Positions 17,105-25,388 of a stretch of DNA of 32,000 bases are shown here, in pieces (positions within the stretch are counted from its first letter, which is position 1; every line of letters begins with the position of its first letter). This DNA comes from Brasilonema angustatum HA4187-MV1 (lineage in GTDB: Bacteria; Cyanobacteriota; Cyanobacteriia; Cyanobacteriales; Nostocaceae). The notes beneath the pieces were generated by a model. The model was given only the letters and a program-made list of their open reading frames with translations, was not told the origin of the DNA and did no database searches. Made by a program: the position numbers and the translations under genes. The stretch lies in contig JAHHGV010000002.1 in the NCBI GenBank assembly GCA_019359695.1, positions 334,534 to 366,533 of the forward strand, written 5' to 3'.

Positions 17105-17764
17105 ATGCCAATTACTGTAGAACCCAGCAGCTTATCTCTCAATGACGTTCATCGCCTGCTGAAATTGCAAAAGCAGTCAAATGGTTTATTTACAGACTTT
17201 TTAACTTTAGAACCTCTCACGGATTTTGAACAGCAAGATTTATCGCGAATTAGGAGCGACTTTGAACGTTACTTTAACGCAGGTAAAATTTCAGAAGGAT
17301 TAGTTAAATTTTTGACGCTAGCACCTTTGATGCGATTGGCAGGATTCTACGATACTCCAATTCGCCTGACGATGGAAGATGTAATAGCGATCGCCATCGA
17401 AGATGAAGATATAAGCATTAGAGGACGGATGGATATTTTAGCAGTCAACAACGCTCAAGCAACTACCGTGCCACCTTTTTGGATTTTAGTGATTGAGACG
17501 AAAAATAGTTTAGTTGAGGTATTTGAGGGTTTACCGCAATTACTGAGTTATGCTTTTAAGAGTTTAGAGCAGCAAACATCAGTTTGGGGACTGGCGACAA
17601 ACGGACTGCGTTATCAGTTCGTACATTTAAAACAGGGAACTCCCCCAAGTTATCAGTTAATGCCCTCACTCAGCCTGAATGAGTCTGAGGCTTCAATTCG
17701 GTTGTTGCAGGTTATGAAAGCAATTTGCCAGTTAGAGAATTTTCAGGTGAAAGCGCCAGCCTGA
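17105..17764 (+). CDS. PD-(D/E)xK fold protein, type I restriction enzyme R-subunit N-terminal-like (HSDR_N)
   Basis: 'GRMDILAV...FWILVIETKNS...QLLSY' fits the D...E-x-K nuclease core of stand-alone HSDR_N proteins, which are common in cyanobacteria. Confidence 0.65.
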   Translation: MPITVEPSSLSLNDVHRLLKLQKQSNGLFTDFLTLEPLTDFEQQDLSRIRSDFERYFNAGKISEGLVKFLTLAPLMRLAGFYDTPIRLTMEDVIAIAIEDEDISIRGRMDILAVNNAQATTVPPFWILVIETKNSLVEVFEGLPQLLSYAFKSLEQQTSVWGLATNGLRYQFVHLKQGTPPSYQLMPSLSLNESEASIRLLQVMKAICQLENFQVKAPA

Positions 17765-17849
17765 AAAGCAAACTAGTCAATAAATCTTTCTGGAATTCAA
17801 GCTGTTAAGCTGGAAGTTATTAGTATGATGCCACTTGACAAAAAAGCTT

Positions 17850-18281
17850 ATGGAACCATTAACCGCAGGTGCGATCGCAACTCTCGCTTTTACAAAAGCC
17901 TTTGAAAAGACTATTGAAAAATTCACCGAAGCAGCACTCGTCAAGATGGATAAGCTGCGGAAAAAGATTTGGGACAAGTTAAGAGGAAACATCAAAGCAG
18001 AAACTGCGCTTGCTGCTGCTGAAAAAGGTTCCAAAGCTGATTTAGATACGGTAACCGCTTATTTGCGGGTAGAAATGGATAAAGATGAGCGATTTGCTCA
18101 AGATGTGCAAACTCTTGCCAGAGAAATCCATCAAGAAATCAACATTGGTAAGATTTCAGGGCAAAATGTTCAAAATGTCTATGGTGGCGAAGCTTATCAA
18201 AATAATGATAGTAAAGCGCCTATCTTTCAAGGCGTAGATAATAGCCCAATTACTATCCATTACAATACTCCCCCTACTTGA
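17850..18281 (+). CDS. N-terminal module of a split NLR-like protein (helical domain + Q/N/G-rich tail)
   Basis: ATG at 17850 (the track uses TTG at 17835). It reads 'MEPLTAGAIATLAFTKAFEKTIEKFTEAALVKMDKLRKKIW...' and then 'INIGKISGQNVQNVYGGEAYQNN'. It ends at TGA 18279-18281, in the same frame as the NB-ARC ORF. Confidence 0.55.
   Translation: MEPLTAGAIATLAFTKAFEKTIEKFTEAALVKMDKLRKKIWDKLRGNIKAETALAAAEKGSKADLDTVTAYLRVEMDKDERFAQDVQTLAREIHQEINIGKISGQNVQNVYGGEAYQNNDSKAPIFQGVDNSPITIHYNTPPT
18279..18281 (+). other. single in-frame TGA separating the N-module from the NB-ARC/TPR ORF
   Basis: 17835, 17850 and 18396 share one frame. The 38 codons at 18282-18395 are open and encode LQSSERERTKLNPPKSIPYRGVANFVGRQQELAALHEK, and they contain no ATG, GTG or TTG. 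Confidence 0.9.
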
Positions 18282-18395
18282 CTACAGTCGTCCGAACGGG
18301 AACGGACAAAGTTAAATCCCCCTAAATCTATTCCTTACCGAGGCGTCGCCAACTTTGTCGGACGACAACAGGAACTTGCTGCACTGCATGAAAAA

Positions 18396-20708
18396 TTGCA
18401 GAAACCTGGTACTGTGGCAATTTCTGCGATTGCTGGTATGGGGGGTGTGGGTAAAACTGAACTGGCGACACAATATGCACACCAGCATGAAGCACATTAC
18501 TCTGGTGGAATTTGCTGGTTAAATGCCAAAGAAGCGAATCTAGCGGCGAAGATTGTACAGTTTGCCCAATTCTACATGAATCCGGAAGTACGGCAGCGAA
18601 GTCTCCTAGAACAGGTAGAATGGTGCTGGCAAAACTGGCAACCTGCAGAAGGATTGGTGTTGGTTGTCTTGGATGACATCACCGATTTAAAAGATTGGAA
18701 GAATTGTCAACAGCTACTACCAACAGATAACCGCTTCCGCGTTTTAATCACAACGCGACTGCGAAACCTCGACGCCGATATTCAGGAATTACCTCTGGAT
18801 GTGCTGTTACCAGATAAGGCTTTGCAATTATTGACTGATTTGGTGGGTGAAAAGCGGGTATCTCGTAATGTGGAGACGCAAAATTTTGCGTCTTCATTAT
18901 GTGAATGGTTGGGATATCTCCCTTTAGGTTTGCAACTGGTGGGGCGATATTTACGAGAAGATCCAGATTTGTCTTTAGCCGAGATGTTACAGCGGCTGCA
19001 AATGCAGCAACTGGAAGATAAAGCGATCAACCCCACAACACGCGGAGTAAAAGCCGCATTTGAATTAAGCTGGCGAGAACTTGACTCAATGACACAGCGT
19101 GTGGGTGAGTTGTTAAGCTTGTTTGCCCAAGATGTGATTCCTTGGAAACTGGTAGAATCTGCTGCTGAGTTGCTGAGTTGGGCAAAGGCTGATGTTAACG
19201 AAGTGAAAAAGCAACTTTACAAACGCCACTTGATTCAACGGGTGGAAGAAGAAGAAGGCTGCTACAAAATTCACCCCTTAATTCGGCAGTTTTTGCAAGC
19301 CAAGCGAGAAACCTCACAACAACCCGACGAACTCAAACAAGCTTTTGCCTCTACCCTTATATCAATTGCCCAAGAAATACCCGGTTCTGTTACCCGTGAA
19401 TTTATTGAGTCAGTGCAAAATGCTATCCCTCATCTGACAGAAGTGGCACAAAATCTGATTGATGCGGTAGGGGATGAAGATTTAATTTGGGTTTTTAGAG
19501 GTTTAGGCGCATTTTATCAAGGACAGGGTTTGTATGCGCTAGCAGAACCTTGGTGTGAGCAGTGTTTAAAAGTAGTGCAGGCACGCTTGGGAGAGGAACA
19601 TTTCGATGTCGCCACTAGCTTGAATAAGCTGGCATTACTTTACGTGTATCAAGGACGCTACAGCGAAGCCGAACCACTTTTTGTGCAAGCTTTGGCACTC
19701 TACAAGCGCCTGCTCAGAGAAGAACATCCTGATGTCGCTATTAGTCTAGGGAAGCTCGCGTATCTCTATAAGTTACAAGGACGTTACAGTGAAGCTGAAC
19801 CGCTGTTTGTACAAGCTTTAGCACTACAAAAACGCCTACTTGGAGAAGAACATTTAGATATCACTGAAAGTCTTAATGATCTGACAGATTTCTACCGTTC
19901 TCAAGGACGTTACGCGGAAGCCGAACCACTTTGTCTGCAAGCCTTGGAACTCTGTAAGCGTCTGCTGGGAGAAAACCATCCAAAAATTGCTCTAATCTTG
20001 AACAACCTGGCATTACTCTACCAAGTTCAAGGACGTTACGCGGAAGCCGAACCACTTTATTTGGAAGCTTTGGCACTAAGCAAACGTTTGTTGGGAGAAA
20101 ACCATCCAAATGTCGCTTTCATCTTGAACAATCTGGGATTACTCTACTACTATCAAGGGCGCTACACTGAAGCTGAACCGTTATCCCTACAAGCAATAGA
20201 AATAGATAAACTATTTTTAGGAGAAGAGAATCCTGATTTTGCTACAGACCTTCACAATTTAGCATTGATATACCGCGCTCAAGGGCGATACAGCGAAGCA
20301 GAAACGTTGTTTGTGCAAACCTTGAAACTACGGCAGCGTTTATTACCAAAAGATCATCCGCTTGTAGCAGATAACATCTACGCTTTAGGTAAGCTCTACA
20401 GACAACAGGGGCGTTATAGCCAAGCTGAACCTTTTTGTATAAAAGCATTGGAACTTGATAAACGCCTACTGGGAGAAAATCATCCCAATGTTGCTGAAAG
20501 TCTCAATAACCTGGCAGAACTCTACTGTTCTCAAGGGCGTTACGTGGAAGCAGAACCTTTGTATGAGGAAGCTTTAGAGATTTATGAGCAGGTTTTTGGG
20601 CAGAACCATTCAAAGACAGTTAGTGTCAGTGAAAATTTAGAAAATCTCCGGGCTAAAGTGAATGCTAGTAATTCTTGGTGGGGCAAACTTCTAAAGTTTT
20701 GGCGATAA
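18396..20708 (+). CDS. STAND NTPase: NB-ARC domain + 9 kinesin-light-chain-type TPR repeats
   Basis: Walker A 'GMGGVGKTELA', Walker B 'LVLVVLDDI', then 9 x 42-aa 'GRYSEAEPL..QAL.L.KRLLGE.HP.VA.SLNNLA.LY..Q'. The TTG at 18396 is only a track start, because conserved coding sequence continues upstream to 18282. Confidence 0.85.
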   Translation: MQKPGTVAISAIAGMGGVGKTELATQYAHQHEAHYSGGICWLNAKEANLAAKIVQFAQFYMNPEVRQRSLLEQVEWCWQNWQPAEGLVLVVLDDITDLKDWKNCQQLLPTDNRFRVLITTRLRNLDADIQELPLDVLLPDKALQLLTDLVGEKRVSRNVETQNFASSLCEWLGYLPLGLQLVGRYLREDPDLSLAEMLQRLQMQQLEDKAINPTTRGVKAAFELSWRELDSMTQRVGELLSLFAQDVIPWKLVESAAELLSWAKADVNEVKKQLYKRHLIQRVEEEEGCYKIHPLIRQFLQAKRETSQQPDELKQAFASTLISIAQEIPGSVTREFIESVQNAIPHLTEVAQNLIDAVGDEDLIWVFRGLGAFYQGQGLYALAEPWCEQCLKVVQARLGEEHFDVATSLNKLALLYVYQGRYSEAEPLFVQALALYKRLLREEHPDVAISLGKLAYLYKLQGRYSEAEPLFVQALALQKRLLGEEHLDITESLNDLTDFYRSQGRYAEAEPLCLQALELCKRLLGENHPKIALILNNLALLYQVQGRYAEAEPLYLEALALSKRLLGENHPNVAFILNNLGLLYYYQGRYTEAEPLSLQAIEIDKLFLGEENPDFATDLHNLALIYRAQGRYSEAETLFVQTLKLRQRLLPKDHPLVADNIYALGKLYRQQGRYSQAEPFCIKALELDKRLLGENHPNVAESLNNLAELYCSQGRYVEAEPLYEEALEIYEQVFGQNHSKTVSVSENLENLRAKVNASNSWWGKLLKFWR
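19527..20650 (+). repeat. 126-bp coding tandem repeats (TPR units)
   Basis: Nine units. Units 4 and 5 share an identical 31-mer, CAAGGACGTTACGCGGAAGCCGAACCACTTT, at 19902-19932 and 20028-20058, exactly 126 bp apart. Confidence 0.85.
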
Positions 20709-20745
20709 ATCTAAGAGCAAGTTGCTGTCAAAAATGTCATTTCCG

Positions 20746-20762
20746 CTACACCCTTACACCCC
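20746..20762. repeat. inverted copy of the GGGGTGTAAGGGTGTAG repeat
   Basis: CTACACCCTTACACCCC is the exact reverse complement of 30206-30222. Confidence 0.8.
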
Positions 20763-20765
20763 TAG

Positions 20766-22148
20766 TTACTGACACTTTTGCGCTGATGAGAGAGTTTTCA
20801 ACCCCACCTTTGCCGTTCCATACAGCCGACTAAACTCTTGCTCGTAATGCGCCGCTACGATGGGATTTTGTATAGCTATTAAAGTTTCATCATTCAAATA
20901 GTTCCCGGCATTAGACCAGTTATGGCTACCAGTAATCACCAATGTGTCATCTAAGATTGCCATTTTACTATGAACTGCGCGATCGCCCATTAAGCCTGTA
21001 GGAAAACCCACAGTAGTAATTGGATGCTTCCAAGGTTTCACTGTTATGAAGCTACGTTTCTTACCTACACGAGGACAAACACCCATTGCATCGTATGCTT
21101 TGGAGTAACTTTCTCTAAAAAAATCCGGATCTATTAGAACTTTTATGTCTTCAACACCTTGATCATGCACACTACCAAGAGTGTCACTAATCTTTTGATC
21201 CGAAAAAACAAACACCGCAATATGTACACTCTTTTTAGCTTGCTCTAAATAAGAGGCAATCATTCCATTACTAGTTCTTGTTATATCATCTTTTTTGCTT
21301 CTAGCTGGCGAAAAATTGACGGTGATAGTTCCTACTCCAACTGGAATTGTTACAGGAGATCTTTGTGGCTTATAAGATTTGAATACTCCCTGCCACATAT
21401 AATTAAATTCATCAGTAAAAGTTTTGGCAAGTTGAGGGTTATTAGGAACAACAACCATATTGTTGGGATTACCACGGCTGTCAAGATTTCCAAAATCTCC
21501 ATGCATATCAGATGTTGTCAGGTTAGCGCTAGAGATGATAGTTGTCTTTCCATCTACAATCACAAATTTATGATGCATAAGTCCACTGCCTTTTTTGGCA
21601 TTGTTAGATTTATCATCTTTGATTTCAATTCCAGATGAGTGCAACATAGCTAAAGCATCGGCTGGATAACGTTTTAATTCTTCATACGCTTGCTTATCAT
21701 GCCGATTCATCCGGGGAATTTCTGCTTGTGTATATTTATCTAAAGTTTTATTGTACTTATTATCTATTAATACTCTCACTTTCACTCCGCGTTTGCGAGC
21801 AACTGTTAGCGCTTCAGCAACTTTGGGAAGCCTAAACTCCATGACTGCTAAATCCACAGTTGAGTTTGCTTGGTTTATAGCGTCGATAATTTGCTGTTCT
21901 AAATTGTCTCCCTTACGGATAAAGTGACGGTATGGATCTTCATAGGAAGACGCTAAATTTTGATTGAAATAGACTTTAACAGCAGAGTCTTGAGGTAAAG
22001 GTTCAACAAGTTTTGTTTTTGGTGAAAATTTGAGGACGTTAACTAAAACAATCCCGCCAATAATAAAGATTGGTAAAAGAAAAATTGTCCTTCTAACAAC
22101 TTTAAAATGCTGTTTATCAGAAGTGATCAAATCTAATAGAAGTTTCAT
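20766..22148 (-). CDS. membrane-anchored phospholipase D-family protein (two HKD motifs)
   Basis: N-terminal anchor 'IFLLPIFIIGGIVLVNVL'. HKD motifs: 'HHKFVIVDGKTTIISSANLT' and 'HSKMAILDDTLVITGSHNWS'. Confidence 0.85.
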   Translation of the reverse strand: MKLLLDLITSDKQHFKVVRRTIFLLPIFIIGGIVLVNVLKFSPKTKLVEPLPQDSAVKVYFNQNLASSYEDPYRHFIRKGDNLEQQIIDAINQANSTVDLAVMEFRLPKVAEALTVARKRGVKVRVLIDNKYNKTLDKYTQAEIPRMNRHDKQAYEELKRYPADALAMLHSSGIEIKDDKSNNAKKGSGLMHHKFVIVDGKTTIISSANLTTSDMHGDFGNLDSRGNPNNMVVVPNNPQLAKTFTDEFNYMWQGVFKSYKPQRSPVTIPVGVGTITVNFSPARSKKDDITRTSNGMIASYLEQAKKSVHIAVFVFSDQKISDTLGSVHDQGVEDIKVLIDPDFFRESYSKAYDAMGVCPRVGKKRSFITVKPWKHPITTVGFPTGLMGDRAVHSKMAILDDTLVITGSHNWSNAGNYLNDETLIAIQNPIVAAHYEQEFSRLYGTAKVGLKTLSSAQKCQ

Positions 22149-22766
22149 TAAATAATAAGGAAGTGTAGCGCGTCGTTTTTACTCAGTTTGAAGACTGAGT
22201 TATATCTTTTACCAGTATTCTTTTAAAAAAAAGCCATAACAATACGGCTCTTACGGAAGTTAATTTGTTTTTATGACAAAACTTTTCAGTAATTGCACGA
22301 TATGTGAAGTAAACTAAGTACTGCTTTTCATAAATTCGTATCGCAATAAGGGCTTGTGGTTGCAAGCCCCACGTGTATTCGCATCTCCCTTGCTCCCAAC
22401 TTCATCTTGACCTTTTTGAGTAAAAATACTCTAATCAGACTTTAGTTAGGTTACCTGAGCATATATACTCATTTAATATGGAATGAAAAAAGTAAAGAAA
22501 AGTCAAAAATAAAAAAACCTTATGTTTGCGCCTGTCGTTGTCACAAGCAGAGGCTCTGTACGTCGAGCCGAGTTTAACTTTGTCGAGGGAAAAGCAACTA
22601 TCATCCACTATTTGCCGCTAAAAAAGTTCTGCCATCAGCTTGGTATTAATCGCCCCAAATGTCATAACTTAATCTGTTGAATCGGTTAGAAGGGTAAAAA
22701 ATCAAGTTTTTTGCCTGACTGGTAAGAGCAAGTCATCCGAGAATTTTTGAGCTAATTGTAGGAGAC

Positions 22767-23276
22767 ATGAACACTTTTGAATTGGTAAAACGTTATATCG
22801 CAGGGCAGAGGGATTTTAGTCAGGTTTTTCTTAAAGGAGCAAATCTAAGTGAGGTTTGTTTAACTCAAGCAAATTTAAGGGAATGCAATCTTACAGGTGC
22901 TGATTTGAGTTGGGCAATTCTGTATCGAACAGACTTAACCTGTGCTGACTTCACAGAAGCCAATCTTAACGCGGCAAACCTGATTGCAGCACTACTATCA
23001 ATGGCTGTGTTAATAAGAGCCGACTTGAGTAGAGCCAATCTTAGTAGGGGAATCTTATATCAAACTAATCTTCAAGACGTAAACTTAACTAGAGCTAATC
23101 TGAGTTGGGCTAGCTTGGTTGAAGCAGATTTAACCAGAGCTGTTCTCCTAAAGACAGATTTGAGTGGTGCTAATTTAACCAGAGCTAACCTGAAAGAAGC
23201 GCTCATGGTCAAAGTCAATTTAACAGGAGCAACCCTAACCGGGGCAATCATGCCCGACGGGACTATTCACGACTAG
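22767..23276 (+). CDS. pentapeptide-repeat protein
   Basis: 169 aa made almost entirely of A(D/N)LxX pentads ('ANLSEVCLTQANLRECNLTGADLSWAIL...'). AGGAGA lies 5 nt upstream of the ATG. Confidence 0.9.
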   Translation: MNTFELVKRYIAGQRDFSQVFLKGANLSEVCLTQANLRECNLTGADLSWAILYRTDLTCADFTEANLNAANLIAALLSMAVLIRADLSRANLSRGILYQTNLQDVNLTRANLSWASLVEADLTRAVLLKTDLSGANLTRANLKEALMVKVNLTGATLTGAIMPDGTIHD

Positions 23277-23438
23277 ACTTGGAGATGGAAATTCACACAA
23301 GGCAAATGCTAAGTGCGATTTTCAGGTGTCGGATTAACTGCCAATCCTTGCGCTTTCTGAAATAATAAACTTACAGGCTGCCCAGAGAATGGACAACCTA
23401 TCTTCCAATGGTGTGAACGGTAAACAACAACAAGGAAA

Positions 23439-23669
23439 TTACAACTGGTTTATGCCATCCTCGCTTCCATTAGGAGCAGCCTGAGGCAGTATGGAACGGT
23501 CATCATCTGGAATTCGTGTAGGTACACCTAAATGCTTACGAGCATGTTCCTCTGCTAAGTTCCGGTCTTGTTCGTTGTGAAACTGTTCCTCATCCAGGAG
23601 ATATTGACTACGTGCCGCTTGATCGCGACTTGGCATAGAGCCATTTTTCCATTTGTACTTAAAGTTCAT
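23439..23669 (-). CDS. hypothetical small hydrophilic protein
   Basis: ATG at 23669 gives the 76-aa 'MNFKYKWKNGSMPSRDQAARSQYLLDEEQFHNEQ...'. The track's 23687 start is a TTG. I recognise no family. Confidence 0.45.
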   Translation of the reverse strand: MNFKYKWKNGSMPSRDQAARSQYLLDEEQFHNEQDRNLAEEHARKHLGVPTRIPDDDRSILPQAAPNGSEDGINQL

Positions 23670-23989
23670 GAGCAACCAATCCCTCAACGCTCATTTGCAT
23701 TTAATCTGATCACTAAACCGAACGACTCTAGCGCCGGGTAGAGTTGAAAAACACAATATCATCCTAAAGACAGAGGAGATATATACATCAAATAGTAAAG
23801 TATTGTGTAGAAAGTTAATATTTTCTTAATATTTACAGGATTTTTTTAATGAATAGTTCCCAACGTTTCCTGGACTATAAACTAGGAACTACAGACTTAA
23901 TTGAAGCTAAGTTCGTTTCACTTTTCCCTTGCAACCGGAAAAGCGAGCTGCAACAATGTTTGTCGAAAGATGAAAAAGTGTCTAAGTAC

Positions 23990-24460
23990 ATGGATGAGCT
24001 GCAATTCCTAAACGGTTTGCAAGTCCTAGTAGTAGATGACGATGTTGATAATCTCGATTTGATCAAGTTCATTCTTGAAGAATACAAGACAGAAGTGATT
24101 GTGGCAACATCAGTTACTGAAGGGCTTCAAGTAATGACGTGGTTCAACCCAGATATTTTGATCAGCGATATTGCTATGCCAAACTGTGACGGTTATTCGC
24201 TGATTCGTTCTGTTAGAAACCTCAGTGAACACGTAAAACATATTCCTGCCATAGCTTTGACAGGACAAGCTTCAGATGAAGCACGTACGCTGGCTCTGCA
24301 AGCAGGTTTTTCTACACACCTCAAAAAGCCATTTGATCCAGATGAGTTAATTGTCCTTGTTTCAAAGCTTGTTGAGATGGCTTCCCTCAAGAACAGTTGC
24401 GGTAATAATAAAGTTGAGCCAGAAAATGATGGAACAAAATTTAGTTTAAATGTTGCCTAG
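23990..24460 (+). CDS. single-domain CheY-like response regulator
   Basis: 'LQVLVVDDDVDNLDLIKFILE...ILISDIAMPNCDGYSLI...IPAIALTG...HLKKPFDPDEL'. The ATG at 23990 gives a normal receiver length. The ORF is open back to ATG 23849, so a 47-aa extension is possible. Confidence 0.8.
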   Translation: MDELQFLNGLQVLVVDDDVDNLDLIKFILEEYKTEVIVATSVTEGLQVMTWFNPDILISDIAMPNCDGYSLIRSVRNLSEHVKHIPAIALTGQASDEARTLALQAGFSTHLKKPFDPDELIVLVSKLVEMASLKNSCGNNKVEPENDGTKFSLNVA

Positions 24461-24636
24461 CAGCAGTTTCTGGCTTTGTTCTACCACTTAAAGCTGTAAC
24501 CTTTGTCTGTCAAACCTGAGGCTGTATAGTTGCACTAACATAGTCCTGACAGATGAGTATAAATGCTTAAGAGTTTTGGAAAATTTATTGTTATGCTAAA
24601 ATATAAAGAAATTATTAAAAATAATAGGTATTGAAC

Positions 24637-24876
24637 ATGGATAATATAAAAGGCAAGGGCATTAATGTCTCAACCTTACGTCAGGTATGGTCTGTGATTG
24701 AACAGACTCACACCAATGTTTTGCTGAGATTAAATGATGCGGATTTGGTTAAGCAACTCTTGGGGGAACTTGATAGCTTGAGAATGCTCAGCGGTGAGGA
24801 AACTAACACCGTAAGCGCCTACCTTTACTCCAGAACTACGTTAATACGTGATTTAGCTCAAGCACGTTTAGCATAG
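24637..24876 (+). CDS. hypothetical small protein
   Basis: ATG at 24637, 79 aa, 'MDNIKGKGINVSTLRQVWSVIEQTHTNVLLRLNDADLVKQLLGELD...'. Helical composition. I recognise no family. Confidence 0.45.
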   Translation: MDNIKGKGINVSTLRQVWSVIEQTHTNVLLRLNDADLVKQLLGELDSLRMLSGEETNTVSAYLYSRTTLIRDLAQARLA

Positions 24877-24978
24877 TAGATGGCTTCTGTTATGGGAAAT
24901 AAAAGCCTGTATTTAGAAGTAGAGCATTTAAGATTTGCTTAATGCTCCAGTGGTACTCAATGCTTAAGGAGATGAAGT

Positions 24979-25051
24979 CCTGTGGGGACACGCTACGCGT
25001 ATGCCTTGCCTGACGCTGCGGCTAGTGCCGTTAGCGCAGTGTCTCCACAGG
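24979..25051. repeat. long-stem palindromic element
   Basis: CCTGTGGGGACAC (24979-24991) pairs with GTGTCTCCACAGG (25039-25051). There is one G.U if read on the + strand. The 47-nt interior is GC-rich. Confidence 0.5.
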
Positions 25052-25086
25052 AGATACGGCACGCTTTGCGCTTACCTGAACAAGAA

Positions 25087-25119
25087 GATTCCCGACAACT
25101 TTAAAAGGAGTCGGGAATC
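25087..25119. other. 10-bp perfect hairpin GATTCCCGAC-N13-GTCGGGAATC
   Basis: Seen directly in the spacer upstream of the cysteine desulfurase gene. Confidence 0.4.
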
Positions 25120-25221
25120 TAAACCTTTCTATTTTTACAAATCAAATAGGATAACTATATCTTTATGTAAGAATTTGGCAGATTAACTATATAGTCTGAA
25201 AAATAGTTTGAAAATAGAAAT

Positions 25222-25351
25222 AATATCATGTCCGGATGATGAGTTGTCATTGCGAACGCAGCGATAGCGGAGTGAAGCAATCTCAAACCATGGCGATTGC
25301 TTCGTTTCACTCGCAATGACAAATAATAAGTTATTAACCGGACTTGATATA
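25222..25351. mobile_element. MITE-like element, copy 2
   Basis: The termini AATATCATGTCCGGATGA ... TTAACCGGACTTGATATA form an imperfect TIR (ATATCATGTCCGG versus CCGGACTTGATAT) and match copy 1 at 566-696. The core is a different long hairpin, GTCATTGCGA...GTGAAGCAATC / GATTGCTTCGTTTCACTCGCAATGAC. Confidence 0.45.
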
Positions 25352-25388
25352 ACCCGTTGCAAGAGCGTGTTTTCTCACCTTATAGGTT

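Noticed and set aside
22522-22671. 49-codon ATG ORF (MFAPVVVTSRGSVRRAEF...) in the 620-bp spacer upstream of the pentapeptide gene, and the 22183-22365 minus-strand ORF
   Set aside because: There is no recognisable RBS or family resemblance, so I cannot support either from sequence alone.
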